A DNA stretch of 64,000 nt, taken from assembly GCA_900553395.1 (NCBI GenBank), contig USDJ01000005.1, forward strand, positions 10,489 through 74,488. The letters run 5' to 3'. This DNA comes from an uncultured Mycoplasmatota bacterium (GTDB lineage Bacteria > Bacillota_I > Bacilli_A > RF39 > UBA660). The position numbers and the translations under genes were made by a program. The notes beneath the pieces are model-generated. The model was not told where the DNA came from. It worked only from the letters and a program-made list of their open reading frames with translations, and did no database searches. Position 1 is the stretch's first letter. Every line of letters begins with the position of its first letter. This document shows, in pieces, positions 23,201-32,154 of the stretch.

Positions 23201-25014
23201 CTTTTAACTAACGCTGATAAGCTATGTCTAGCAAATCCTTGATCTAATGTACGAGATAATTCTAATGTATCAATAACTGTATTAGTAAATTTACCTAGAT
23301 TATATTTTTTCATTGACATTTCAATAAATGAAATATCGAATTTAGCATTATGAGCTACCATAGGTAAATCTCCAGCCCAAGCTAAAAACTTCTTAGTAAC
23401 TTCTTCTTCTGATTCTTTACCTTTAACCATCTCATCAGTTATACAAGTAAGCTCTGTTATTTTATCAGGTATATGACGTCCAGGATCAATAAGCTCATCA
23501 AATCTGTCTATTATATTTCCATTCTCTATCTTTACAGCACCTATTTCAATCATCTGATCTCCACCAGCTGCATTAAATCCAGTTGTCTCTGTATCGAATA
23601 CTACATAAGTAGTATTCATAAGAGGTAAATCTGTTTTCCTAACTACTATATTTACAGTATCATCTACTAAAGTTAACTCTGTCCCATATAGTCCCTTAAA
23701 TATAGGAGGATTTTTAATTTTTTCTTTAATGTTTTCTAATTCTTTAGATACCTCTTCTTTATTTTCACATTCTTCACTATCTAAAAGAGATTCAAGTTCC
23801 TCTTTCTTGGCTTTTAAATCTTTTTTTATTCCTTTGTTATGTGAAGAAATAATTCCATATACGATAGGAAATGCCTGACATCCATTGTGATCTGTAACAG
23901 CAACTCCCTTATATCCCATTTTAATAGCATTACTTACTAATTCACAAGTATGCTTACCTAGGTCTAATTTAGTTACTCCGTCCATTTGACTCATCATAGT
24001 ATGAGCGTGTAATTCAACTCTTTTTAATGGTGCATCATCTATTATTTCTTCCTCTTTATAATCACTATAGTTAATGTCTAAAATATTTAATGCATCTTCA
24101 TTACTATATTTATCCTCTTTTACAGATCCCCTAAACTTATACCATTTACCACATTTTAAAGCTTTATTAAGTCTATTTGTTTCCTCTTCACCATTTACAA
24201 ATAATTTAGCATATATACTATCAGTATGATCTGTAATTTTAAGTGTTATTATTCTAAGATCAGTTCTAGTTTCTCTTACTTCAATACCAAATATTTCTGC
24301 CTCTAAAGTAATTAAAGGAATCTTACCTACGATAGTATCTATTCTCTCTACCTGAGTATCTATAACTCTACCTAAAATTACATTAGGATCATCTACAGTT
24401 TCGATTCTTTTAGGAGTATAATTCTTTTTCCAAGCTGGTTTATCTTGTGAAGGAACTGGCTCACTCAAAGATTCTAAATTTATAGTTGTAGTATTTAATT
24501 TACTATTTTCTATTTCTTCTTGTATTTTAGAAGCCTCATCTTCATCAACTAAAATAACTAGATTTATGTTTTTATATCCGGCATTATTAAGATAATGTTC
24601 TATATTAAGCTTAAACTCTTCTAACTTTTTTACCTCTGCTACATTTAAAACATAAACTTTTATGTCGTTATCTATTACTTCAATACTATTATCTAAAAAC
24701 ATACTAAGCATTGGACTTTTGTTACTAAATATTTTAATAGCGGATTTAAAATACTCAGTAAGTAAATCTACATTTGTCTTTTCACAACTAAAAACAACAT
24801 TTACATTTTCTATTTCACTAAAATAGTTTTTTAATTTATCCTTAATCTCTTCAAAAGACTCTATAGATAATGTAGTTAGTATATCAATATAAAAACAGTA
24901 ATTAGTTTTATCTTTATTACCTATTATTTTACTTAATTTAGCCCCTTTTAATTCTTCAATAGCCTGATCACTTAAGCCAAGTTTATTTATTAAAATAGAT
25001 AATTTTTCATCCAT
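20230..25014 (-). CDS. polC: DNA polymerase III alpha subunit, PolC type
   Basis: PHP 'VELHAHTMMSQMDG', embedded exonuclease 'VVFDTETTGF' and 'HRADYDAE', zinc module 'CLNCKKS…CPDCGN', pol core 'GLLKLDILGH'-like 'DLLKLDILGHSDPT'; 1594 aa. Confidence 0.98.
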   Translation of the reverse strand: MDEKLSILINKLGLSDQAIEELKGAKLSKIIGNKDKTNYCFYIDILTTLSIESFEEIKDKLKNYFSEIENVNVVFSCEKTNVDLLTEYFKSAIKIFSNKSPMLSMFLDNSIEVIDNDIKVYVLNVAEVKKLEEFKLNIEHYLNNAGYKNINLVILVDEDEASKIQEEIENSKLNTTTINLESLSEPVPSQDKPAWKKNYTPKRIETVDDPNVILGRVIDTQVERIDTIVGKIPLITLEAEIFGIEVRETRTDLRIITLKITDHTDSIYAKLFVNGEEETNRLNKALKCGKWYKFRGSVKEDKYSNEDALNILDINYSDYKEEEIIDDAPLKRVELHAHTMMSQMDGVTKLDLGKHTCELVSNAIKMGYKGVAVTDHNGCQAFPIVYGIISSHNKGIKKDLKAKKEELESLLDSEECENKEEVSKELENIKEKIKNPPIFKGLYGTELTLVDDTVNIVVRKTDLPLMNTTYVVFDTETTGFNAAGGDQMIEIGAVKIENGNIIDRFDELIDPGRHIPDKITELTCITDEMVKGKESEEEVTKKFLAWAGDLPMVAHNAKFDISFIEMSMKKYNLGKFTNTVIDTLELSRTLDQGFARHSLSALVKRYNVPWEEDAHHRADYDAEGTALVFHKMLQKLISQNFKTISDLDKLISKDEIHKFGRTFHFNAIAKNKTGLKNLFKIISLANTVYLYKTPRILRSKLEELREGLLIGSGCYESEVFIEARSKEGQELTNIINFYDYVEVQPPEVYSHLIQTSDFKDQLELENHIRKIVEATKQSGKIIVATGDVHHFKREDKIYREIIVNQKVPGGGRHPLAKSSITKIPSQHFRTTREMLNDFEFLGDDLAYEIVVLNTNKVLDEVEEIEVIIDTGGIPFSPRVKSDDGKSYLDCPRVVTDLVYSKASDWYGDPLPFNIEERIAKELYGDIVYKCCSDNVKIENPNISQEEMNALTFEKVHNVIIAGFDSVKEMLKKYISSNWTEDDGELNDESLNKKLKKELGGIIGGGFDPIYLIAQRLVKHSNDDGYLVGSRGSVGSSFVATMMGITEVNPLPAHYRCLNCKKSIFKDENGKELGADYSSGFDLPDKKCPDCGNDMYKDGQDMPFATFLGFNADKVPDIDLNFSDLNQASAHEYTKVLFGVDNVYRAGTIGTVADKTAFGFVKGYCEDKNIVMRTAEIERLAQGCTGVKRTTGQHPGGIVVVPDYMDVSDFTPFQYPADDPNSAWRTTHFDYHAIDQDLLKLDILGHSDPTQLRMIQDLTGTDILKVPLDDKDTMSIFTSTKALGVTNEQIMCQTGTLGIPEFGTPFTIGMVAETKPKTFAELIKISGLSHGTDVWLGNAQELIKNNIVPFKEVIGCRDDIMVYLMYKGVAPIKAFKIMEFVRKGKASKDPDTWAIHKKTMEDAGIEEWFIDSCHKIKYMFPKAHAAAYVISAFRIAWYKVHMPVYFYASWLTSKATDVDVEVMIKGYDAIKAKILEIQNKGYEATNKELGQLESLKVCLEATARGIQFLPVDLNKSNATTWGVRDDKSIYPPFSSIDGLGDTVAKKIVEEREKRSFLSIEEVQYRAKISGTLMDKMKLMGIFNGMSESNQLSLFD

Positions 25015-25068
25015 ACTACCACCTAATTAATAGTATACCAAAAATAAAATTTAAATTAAATATTATAA

Positions 25069-25094
25069 AAGAAAAAACATACAAATTTGTATGT
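25069..25094 (-). terminator. Terminator of the pilin-LRR gene
   Basis: Perfect palindrome ACATACAAA/TTTGTATGT (25077-25094) followed on the minus strand by TTTTTC. Confidence 0.65.
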
Positions 25095-25116
25095 TCATTG
25101 AAATAATTAATTTGTA

Positions 25117-26769
25117 TTATGGTTCAAATACTATATTTGAATCACTATATCCATCAGCCCAACCAAATGCACCACTTGGTAAGTAATTAAAATCTGATAG
25201 AGATGTCTTTCCTTTTACTATAACACTAGTTAGTTTATTTCCATAAAAAGCATAACCAATATAAGCAACGTTATCTGGTATTGTTATAGTCTTTAAATCC
25301 AATTCAGAAAAAGAGGAATTATCTAAAGTAGTTACATTAGATGGAATTTTTATATCTTCCCTTCTAGCGCCAGCATAAGAATTAATAGTAGAACCACCAC
25401 TCATTTTTCCATCAGAATATATAAAAGCTTCACTATCAGGTAATTGATTATTGGTAAATGCTCCATGTCCTAAATTTTTTATAGTGGATGGAATACTTAA
25501 AGACTCAAGCTTATTATTAGCAAAAGCTTTAATTCCTATAGTTTCTATCTTTGATGGTAAATGAATGCTTCTTAATTCATTATAAGTGAAAGCATTGTCA
25601 GCAATTTCAACAACACTATCTGGAATTGTTAAATCTAATAATTTATTTTTGTAAAAAACACCTGTTTCAATTTTTGTTAAATTTGATGGTAAAACTAGTT
25701 TTTTCAAATTATTTTCCGAAAAAGCATAAATACCTATATTTTCAACACTATTTGGAAGTTTTACACTCGTTAATTTATTTTCTGAAAAAGCATAATCACC
25801 TATATTTTCAACACCATTCGGAAGTTTTACACTCGTTAATTTATTTTCTGAAAAAGCATAACTGCTTATCTCTTTTAAATCATTTGAAAATATAATAGCC
25901 TTTATTTTATTTTTCCTAAAAGCCTTTATTCCTATAGTTTTTAAACTTGATGGAAATATTAATGACTCTATTTGATTTCCAACAAATGCTTCTTCTCCTA
26001 TAGTAACTAAACTAGAAGAAAATTTAATAGATGTAAGCTTATTATCCCCAAATGCACGAGCTCCGATAGTTTTTACACTATCAGGCAAAACTATGCTCTC
26101 TAAATTATTTGCATAAAAAGCTTCATCCTCTATAGTCTCAACGCCATCTGGAATAACTATGCTTTTTATTCCATCAGAATATGGAAAACAATAGCCGGGA
26201 CCAGCACAACGCGTTCTATAGAATAAATTACTACCGATAGCTACGACCTTCTTACCACCAATAGTACTTGGAATTACTACATCATATATCCTATTACTAC
26301 TATTAAAAAAACCACATTGGTATTTAGTTATTTTTACTCCATCTCCTGAGTCACTAACCGTAAAGCAACTTTCTGGTGTTGGCTCTAATTCTACTTCTGT
26401 ATTTGTATTTGAATTAGAATATTTACGTCCATTTATGTAAAACTCATATGTTTTAATTTTGCCTTTTTCAAATGTAATTATTCCATTAGTTGGTGTAGTT
26501 CCATCTATTGTAACGTCAACATCATCGCCATCACAAACTAAAGTGTAATCATCAATCACGCATGCAGAAGGGCTAAATTCTTCAGTTAAATTTTTATGAG
26601 CTACCGTTTGCTCTACTGCGTGCAAATAAAGTTCTGCACTTCTATCATCTGCACTTTCTTTAGAATTACCTATAATATTTATTACAATTGGAGTAGCAAT
26701 CATTGCAATTATTGCGAGTACTACTATTACAGCTAAAAGTTCTATTAATGTAAATCCTTTACTTTTCAT
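25117..26769 (-). CDS. Prepilin-signal protein fused to BspA-type leucine-rich repeats (550 aa)
   Basis: N-terminus 'MKSKG|FTLIELLAVIVVLAIIAMIATPIV' is a class III (type IV pilin) cleavage/methylation signal. The C-terminal two thirds are about 11 repeats of 22-23 aa, 'xIPxSVxxIGxxAFxxNxLxSI'. Confidence 0.8.
   Translation of the reverse strand: MKSKGFTLIELLAVIVVLAIIAMIATPIVINIIGNSKESADDRSAELYLHAVEQTVAHKNLTEEFSPSACVIDDYTLVCDGDDVDVTIDGTTPTNGIITFEKGKIKTYEFYINGRKYSNSNTNTEVELEPTPESCFTVSDSGDGVKITKYQCGFFNSSNRIYDVVIPSTIGGKKVVAIGSNLFYRTRCAGPGYCFPYSDGIKSIVIPDGVETIEDEAFYANNLESIVLPDSVKTIGARAFGDNKLTSIKFSSSLVTIGEEAFVGNQIESLIFPSSLKTIGIKAFRKNKIKAIIFSNDLKEISSYAFSENKLTSVKLPNGVENIGDYAFSENKLTSVKLPNSVENIGIYAFSENNLKKLVLPSNLTKIETGVFYKNKLLDLTIPDSVVEIADNAFTYNELRSIHLPSKIETIGIKAFANNKLESLSIPSTIKNLGHGAFTNNQLPDSEAFIYSDGKMSGGSTINSYAGARREDIKIPSNVTTLDNSSFSELDLKTITIPDNVAYIGYAFYGNKLTSVIVKGKTSLSDFNYLPSGAFGWADGYSDSNIVFEP
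25741..25872 (-). repeat. Near-identical 66-bp tandem duplication inside the LRR array
   Basis: 25741-25806 and 25807-25872 differ at only a few bases. They encode 'SENKLTSVKLPNGVENIGDYAF' and 'SENKLTSVKLPNSVENIGIYAF'. Confidence 0.9.
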
Positions 26770-26928
26770 ATATACACACTCCTATCTTATATATTCATTT
26801 TAAAATATTTTCTAATTTTAGTCAAGAGAATCTTATACTATACTTTATATATAACGCATTTATATTCATTATTATATTATTTTGGCTAAATTCTATACGT
26901 TTTATATACACTGAAGTTTATTAATTTT

Positions 26929-26963
26929 AAAAAAAAATGATTAGTTTTAAATTTCTAATCATT
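26929..26963 (-). terminator. Terminator of the infB-rbfA operon
   Basis: 9-bp stem AATGATTAG / CTAATCATT overlapping the rbfA stop, followed by a run of at least 7 T on the minus strand. Confidence 0.7.
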
Positions 26964-27287
26964 AATTTCTTTTATTTTTTCTTCTATTCTCTTTCCATAT
27001 TCAATAGATTCATCATAAATAAAATTTAATTCTGGTATATGTCTTAAGTCTATTCTTTCAGCTAAAACACGTTTTATAAATCCTTTAGCGCTTTTTAAAG
27101 CTTTTAGGGCTTCAGTTCTGTCATTTAATGAAGTAAAATATACTTTACAAAAGCTTAAATCATTTGTAACATCACAAAACGTAATTGTTATAAATTTAGC
27201 ATGAGGATTTTTAACCTCATTAGCCAAAATATAACTTAACTCTTTTTGAATACTACTATTTATTCTTTCGTTTTTAATTATATTCAT
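26955..27287 (-). CDS. rbfA: Ribosome-binding factor A
   Basis: '[14 protein letters not shown]…[19 protein letters not shown]…[12 protein letters not shown]'; 110 aa, and overlaps the infB stop by 4 nt. Confidence 0.93.
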   Translation of the reverse strand: MNIIKNERINSSIQKELSYILANEVKNPHAKFITITFCDVTNDLSFCKVYFTSLNDRTEALKALKSAKGFIKRVLAERIDLRHIPELNFIYDESIEYGKRIEEKIKEIND

Positions 27288-29377
27288 TTTTTCTCTACCA
27301 TTTCATAGGCTTCTATTACATCGCCAACTTTTATATCGTTAAAATTAGTTATAGTTATACCACATTCTAAGCCTTTTTTAACTTCTTTAACTGAATCTTT
27401 TTCTCTTTGAATAGAATTGATTTCTCCATCATAAATTACTACACTATCTCTAATTATTCTTACTTTTGAATTAGATTTAAGTACTCCATCTAGTACATAA
27501 CTTCCTGCTATTGTTCCTACTTTAGAGAATTTAAACAATTGTCTTACTTCTGCAGATCCAATAACTTTTTCTTCGTATTCAGGATCTAGCATTCCTTTCA
27601 TTGCAGCTTCCATATCTTCAACAGCCTTATAAATTATATCGTAAAGTCTAATCTCTACTCCTTTTTCTTTAGCATAATCTTTTATAGAATTATTAGGTCT
27701 TATATTAAATCCTATTATTATAGCATTTGAAGCACTTGCTAGTACTATATCACTTTCGGTAATGGCTCCCACACTGCTTCTTAATACTTTTACTTTAACA
27801 CCTTCTACTTCTATTTTTTCTAAAGAATTTTTAACAGCTTCACTTGAACCATTAACATCAGCTTTTACTATAACATTTATTTCTTTTGTACCTTCTTTTA
27901 TTTTAGCAAATATATCTTCTAGGCTAACAGTACCTTTAGAGTTTTGTTTTAAGTGCTCTTCTGTTTTTCTCGCCTCACCTATGCTTCTTGCTTGTTTTTC
28001 TGTTTCAAAAGCCATAAACTTATCTCCAGCGCTTGGTGTTTCATTTAAGCCTGTTATTTCAACTGGCTGTGATGGATATGCCTCAGTTATTTCTTCACCT
28101 TTGTCATTTTTTAATGTTCTAACTTTACCAAAAGTAGTTCCTACTACTATCGGATCTCCTAATCTTAGCGTACCATTTTGTACTAAAATAGTAACAATTG
28201 GACCTACTTGCTTATCTAAACGTGCTTCTACGACACTACCACTTGCATAACGTGCTGGATTAGCTCTATAGTTTTCCATCTCAGCTACAAGTAAAATATT
28301 GTCTAAAAGTTCTTCTATTCCAGTTCCTTCTTTTGCACTTATATTAGTATATATAGTATCTCCACCCCAAGAATCTGGTGTAAGGCCATATTCTGCTAAT
28401 TCAGACATTACTCTTTCTATATTTGCACCTGGTTTATCTATTTTATTTATAGCTACTAATATAGGTACTCCTGCAGCTTTTGCGTGGTCTATTGCTTCTT
28501 TTGTTTGAGGCATAACTCCATCATCCGCTGCAACTATTATTATTACAATATCAGTAATACTCGCTCCTCTTGCACGCATCTCTGTGAAGGCTGCGTGTCC
28601 TGGTGTATCTATAAATGTTATAATCTCATCTTTAACTTTTACTTGATATGCACTTATAGCTTGAGTTATTCCTCCAGCTTCGCCACTTGCTACATTAGTT
28701 TTTCTAATAGTATCAAGCAAAGTTGTTTTTCCATGATCTACGTGTCCCATAATTGTTACAACCGCTGGCCTTTTACGTAAATCTGCTTCTTCATCATTTA
28801 TCTCAAATTCTTCAAATTTTGTTTCATCTATTATATGTTCTCTTTCGATTTCTTTTCCATATTCTGAAGCTAAAAGAGATGCATTATCAAAGTCCACTTT
28901 GTTATTTACAGTGGCAAGAATACCTAGCATAAATAGCTTCTTTATAAGCTCACTTGATTGAACCCCCAACACTTTAGCTAAATCTGCTATTGTCATTCCA
29001 TCTTTATATATAATAACATTTGTATTTTGATGGGGACCATTACTAATAAGTTTCTCCTTATTTTTATACATTTCTTTCTTTTTCTTAGCTAATTCTTTTT
29101 TTCCTACTTTATTTTTATTTATGGGTTTTTCCTGCTTTTTTTGCTTTGAGTTATTAACTATATTTTCTATTTTGCTCTTTTCTTTTTCTATAAGTTCGTC
29201 TTCGTATTCTAACTCAGAATCGTCTTCTATAGAAATAGTATTATCAAGCTCTGTTATTGCGTCTTCATCTAAATAGTCATCTTCTACTGACGCATTTATT
29301 CCTAATTTTTTACAATAGTTTAATATCTCATCCACAGTCTTTCCTACATCTTGTGCATATTCTAATACACTCATCAT
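27284..29377 (-). CDS. infB: Translation initiation factor IF-2
   Basis: '[14 protein letters not shown]', 'DTPGHAAF', 'AINKIDK', and a conserved C-terminal domain. Confidence 0.98.
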   Translation of the reverse strand: MMSVLEYAQDVGKTVDEILNYCKKLGINASVEDDYLDEDAITELDNTISIEDDSELEYEDELIEKEKSKIENIVNNSKQKKQEKPINKNKVGKKELAKKKKEMYKNKEKLISNGPHQNTNVIIYKDGMTIADLAKVLGVQSSELIKKLFMLGILATVNNKVDFDNASLLASEYGKEIEREHIIDETKFEEFEINDEEADLRKRPAVVTIMGHVDHGKTTLLDTIRKTNVASGEAGGITQAISAYQVKVKDEIITFIDTPGHAAFTEMRARGASITDIVIIIVAADDGVMPQTKEAIDHAKAAGVPILVAINKIDKPGANIERVMSELAEYGLTPDSWGGDTIYTNISAKEGTGIEELLDNILLVAEMENYRANPARYASGSVVEARLDKQVGPIVTILVQNGTLRLGDPIVVGTTFGKVRTLKNDKGEEITEAYPSQPVEITGLNETPSAGDKFMAFETEKQARSIGEARKTEEHLKQNSKGTVSLEDIFAKIKEGTKEINVIVKADVNGSSEAVKNSLEKIEVEGVKVKVLRSSVGAITESDIVLASASNAIIIGFNIRPNNSIKDYAKEKGVEIRLYDIIYKAVEDMEAAMKGMLDPEYEEKVIGSAEVRQLFKFSKVGTIAGSYVLDGVLKSNSKVRIIRDSVVIYDGEINSIQREKDSVKEVKKGLECGITITNFNDIKVGDVIEAYEMVEKK

Positions 29378-29393
29378 ATTAGCACCCTCTTTC

Positions 29394-29819
29394 TTAAATT
29401 TTTCTAACTATAGTTCCTGCCTCCTCAAAGAAAGCTTTAGATAGTTCATCTGGATATTCAGAATCGTAAACTATCTCACTTACGCCACTACTTACAAGTA
29501 GTTTTGCACATATATGGCAAGGATAAGTAGTTACATAAGCTACACTGCCATCTAAATCTATTCCATTCCTAGCAGCTTCTGATACTGCGAGTTGTTCAGC
29601 ACAAAGTGCTCTACAAACTTCTCTTCTCTGACCACTAGGTATTTTTAATATATCTCTTATACAACCAACATCACGGCAGTCTCTAATTCCACCTACGGTA
29701 TTATTATAGCCTTGAGCAACTACAAGCCCACCTTTTACAAGTACTGCACCCACCTTTGCTCTAGAGCATTCAGACTTTTCTGCTTGCTCATAGGCCATAT
29801 TCATATATACATTATCCAT
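29394..29819 (-). CDS. ComEB-type deoxycytidylate/cytidine deaminase-family protein with a CAE zinc motif
   Basis: '[29 protein letters not shown]' and '[20 protein letters not shown]' (the family consensus is HAE…PCxxC). AGGAG RBS 6 nt before ATG 29819. Confidence 0.78.
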   Translation of the reverse strand: MDNVYMNMAYEQAEKSECSRAKVGAVLVKGGLVVAQGYNNTVGGIRDCRDVGCIRDILKIPSGQRREVCRALCAEQLAVSEAARNGIDLDGSVAYVTTYPCHICAKLLVSSGVSEIVYDSEYPDELSKAFFEEAGTIVRKI

Positions 29820-29827
29820 TTTTACTC

Positions 29828-30307
29828 CTATAAGTTAACTTCCATCTTTTTATTTTTGGGTTCATATTTTCTGCATTTTACACCACATTTATCAAGCATT
29901 AATTTTGAAACTACACAACCTGGGGTATCTTTATATTTATCACTTAAATAAATTACTTCTTTTATCCCAGCTTGTATAATAGCTTTAGCGCATTCATTAC
30001 ATGGGAACAATGTTACATATAATATACAACCGCAAACAGAAGATCTTGCATTTAAAATTGCATTAAGTTCAGAATGACATACATATGCATATTTAGTATC
30101 AACAAAAGATCCTTCTCTTTCCCATTTCATATCTAAATCATCATCAAATCCTATAGGTGCTCCATTATATCCAGTAGATATAATTTTATTATTACTATTT
30201 ACTATACAAGCACCTACTTGACTATTTGGATCCTTACTTCTTTGTGAAGATAAAATAGCTATCCCCATAAAGTATTCTTCCCATGATAGATAATCTGATC
30301 TTTTCAT
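29828..30307 (-). CDS. dCMP deaminase (DCTD/T4-type)
   Basis: 'SQRSKDPNSQVGACIV', 'YVCHSELNAILNA' and 'FPCNECAKAIIQAGIKEVIY' are the canonical dCMP deaminase blocks, and are very close to animal DCTD as I remember it. Confidence 0.88.
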   Translation of the reverse strand: MKRSDYLSWEEYFMGIAILSSQRSKDPNSQVGACIVNSNNKIISTGYNGAPIGFDDDLDMKWEREGSFVDTKYAYVCHSELNAILNARSSVCGCILYVTLFPCNECAKAIIQAGIKEVIYLSDKYKDTPGCVVSKLMLDKCGVKCRKYEPKNKKMEVNL

Positions 30308-30564
30308 TAACTCACATCCATTTTCTTTAAATCTTCATATATTTCATCTGGAATTTCTACTTCTAACTTTTTATTTAAAATTTTTGATTTTTGAGCTTTC
30401 TCAAATGTTGCTATATCTCTTTTTAAATAAGCACCTCTACCGTTTATCTTACCCGATACGTCTATTACAACATTTCCATCAGTTGTTCTAACTACTCTTA
30501 TAAGTTCCTTTTTAGGTAATTTTTCTCCTGTTATCACACAAGTTCTCATTGGTATTTTCTTCAT
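30307..30564 (-). CDS. ylxR: YlxR-family RNA-binding protein (DUF448)
   Basis: 'PMRTCVITGEKLPKKELIRVV…GRGAYL'; sits directly after nusA. Confidence 0.85.
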   Translation of the reverse strand: MKKIPMRTCVITGEKLPKKELIRVVRTTDGNVVIDVSGKINGRGAYLKRDIATFEKAQKSKILNKKLEVEIPDEIYEDLKKMDVS

Positions 30565-30568
30565 ATTA

Positions 30569-31753
30569 TTACTCCAAAATATTTATTCCAGCTTCTCTTA
30601 CTTGCTCTAATGTTTTTATCTCAAGATTATAATGGGTAAGACGACTAGCTAATTTAACATTTATACCGTGTCTTCCTATTGCTAAACTTAAGTTTTGATC
30701 ATCGACTACTACCATTGTTTCTTTAGTCTTTTCATCTAATATAAATACTCTTAAATCTTTAGCAGGAGCAAGTGCATTTTGTATAAATTCAACAGGATCT
30801 TTAGAATATTTTACAACATCTATTTTTTCATTACCTAACTCATTTAGAATATTAGCTATTCTAGTGCCTCTTTCACCTATACAAGCACCTATTGGATCTA
30901 CATTACTATTTTCTGAATAAACAGCTATTTTAGTTCTATTACCAGCATCACGAGCTACACTATATATTAATACAGTTCCATCGTTTATTTCTGGTATTTC
31001 AAGTTCGAATAGTCTTTTTATGAATCCATAATGTTTACGAGATAAAAGTATTAAAGCTCCTTTAGAGTTTATGTCAACTTTACTAATATATACTTTAATA
31101 TTTGAGCCCATCTTTATTTGTTCACCTGGTATTATCTCACTTTTTGGAAGTAAACCTTGAGCTTTCCCTAGGTTTATATAATAATTATTCTCATCTTCCA
31201 TCTCAACTATTCCAGACATCATTTCATCTTGCTTTTCACCAAACTCTTTAGCTATATTATTTCTTTCTGCTTCTCTTACTTTTTGAATAATAACTTGTTT
31301 AGCAGTAGATGCAGCAACACGTCCAAAATCTTGTGGTGACACTTCTTCTTCTATAGTCTCTCCTACTTTTATATCTGGATCTATTTTTTTTGCATCTTCT
31401 AATGTTATATGTAATTTATTGTTAAAAACAAATGGTTTATATCTCATTTCTTCCGGCAAATCTTCTAACTCTTCATCCTCTAATTGTTCTTCTGTTAATA
31501 TTTCTTCATCTGAAAGAGGTATCTGATCCTCGTCTAATGATTCCTTATGATTTTTATCAAGTACTACTGTTTTATATGAATATATTTTAAATATATTATT
31601 ATCTTTATCAATTTCAACTCTTGAATTTGATAATCCATAATGCTTTTTATAAGCACTATTTAAAGCAGATACCATAGATTCATACATATATTCTCTATCA
31701 ATACCTTGCTCTTCTAATAAATCTAAAGCTTTTCCAAATTCTTTATTATTCAT
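30569..31753 (-). CDS. nusA: Transcription termination/antitermination factor NusA
   Basis: S1 'GIVEMEDENNYYINLG', KH motifs 'GACIGERGTRI' and 'LAIGRHGINVKLASRL'. ATG 31753 lies 1 nt after the rimP stop. Confidence 0.97.
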   Translation of the reverse strand: MNNKEFGKALDLLEEQGIDREYMYESMVSALNSAYKKHYGLSNSRVEIDKDNNIFKIYSYKTVVLDKNHKESLDEDQIPLSDEEILTEEQLEDEELEDLPEEMRYKPFVFNNKLHITLEDAKKIDPDIKVGETIEEEVSPQDFGRVAASTAKQVIIQKVREAERNNIAKEFGEKQDEMMSGIVEMEDENNYYINLGKAQGLLPKSEIIPGEQIKMGSNIKVYISKVDINSKGALILLSRKHYGFIKRLFELEIPEINDGTVLIYSVARDAGNRTKIAVYSENSNVDPIGACIGERGTRIANILNELGNEKIDVVKYSKDPVEFIQNALAPAKDLRVFILDEKTKETMVVVDDQNLSLAIGRHGINVKLASRLTHYNLEIKTLEQVREAGINILE

Positions 31754-31754
31754 A

Positions 31755-32009
31755 CTATTCACATCCCTTCTCTTTTGAACAAACATCTAATATATAACTA
31801 TCCGTAATATAATCCACACTGTCTAGTAATGAATCAATTATATGAGTAACCTTAACACAATCATCTAAATCAATAATACCATTTTTATCTATAATAACTC
31901 TCAAGAAAAAATTATTATCCTCCTTAACATATAATACATCATCTATCGTGTATCCTTCTTTTAAAACTGATCCTTCTATTAAATCCCTTACTTTACTTGC
32001 AATATCCAT
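31755..32009 (-). CDS. rimP: Ribosome maturation factor RimP, N-terminal domain only (84 aa)
   Basis: 'VRDLIEGSVLKEGYTIDDVLYVKEDNNFFLRVIIDKNGIIDLDDCVKVTHIIDSLLD' matches the RimP N-domain. ATG 32009 follows TTGGAGG. There is no room for a C-terminal domain before nusA. Confidence 0.72.
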   Translation of the reverse strand: MDIASKVRDLIEGSVLKEGYTIDDVLYVKEDNNFFLRVIIDKNGIIDLDDCVKVTHIIDSLLDSVDYITDSYILDVCSKEKGCE

Positions 32010-32020
32010 TAGTACCTCCA

Positions 32021-32054
32021 ATTAATTTAAAGAGTGGGTTTTATTCCCACTCTT
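32021..32054 (-). promoter_or_regulatory. Leader hairpin upstream of rimP-nusA
   Basis: Minus strand reads AAGAGTGGG-AATAAAA-CCCACTCTT followed by TAAATTAATT and the GGAGG RBS. Confidence 0.4.
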
Positions 32055-32154
32055 GCTTGCAACAATATAATTATATCATAAAAATTATAATTTACATAGT
32101 TTTTTTACATTATTATTTATTTTTTTTGGTATAATTATCTAGGAGGAACAAAAA

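Noticed and set aside
20230-25014. PolC is about 150 aa longer than the B. subtilis enzyme, raising the possibility of an intein or inserted domain.
   Set aside because: The extra length is spread over several short Lys/Glu-rich insertions, for example within the PHP region. No intein splice motifs or discrete extra domain were seen.
25626-25895. An 89-aa plus-strand ORF, together with the idea that the regular repeats here or at 48481-48654 might be a CRISPR array.
   Set aside because: The repeats are contiguous, with no unique spacers. They are in frame and encode LRR or Pro-rich units within long ORFs, and no cas genes are present.
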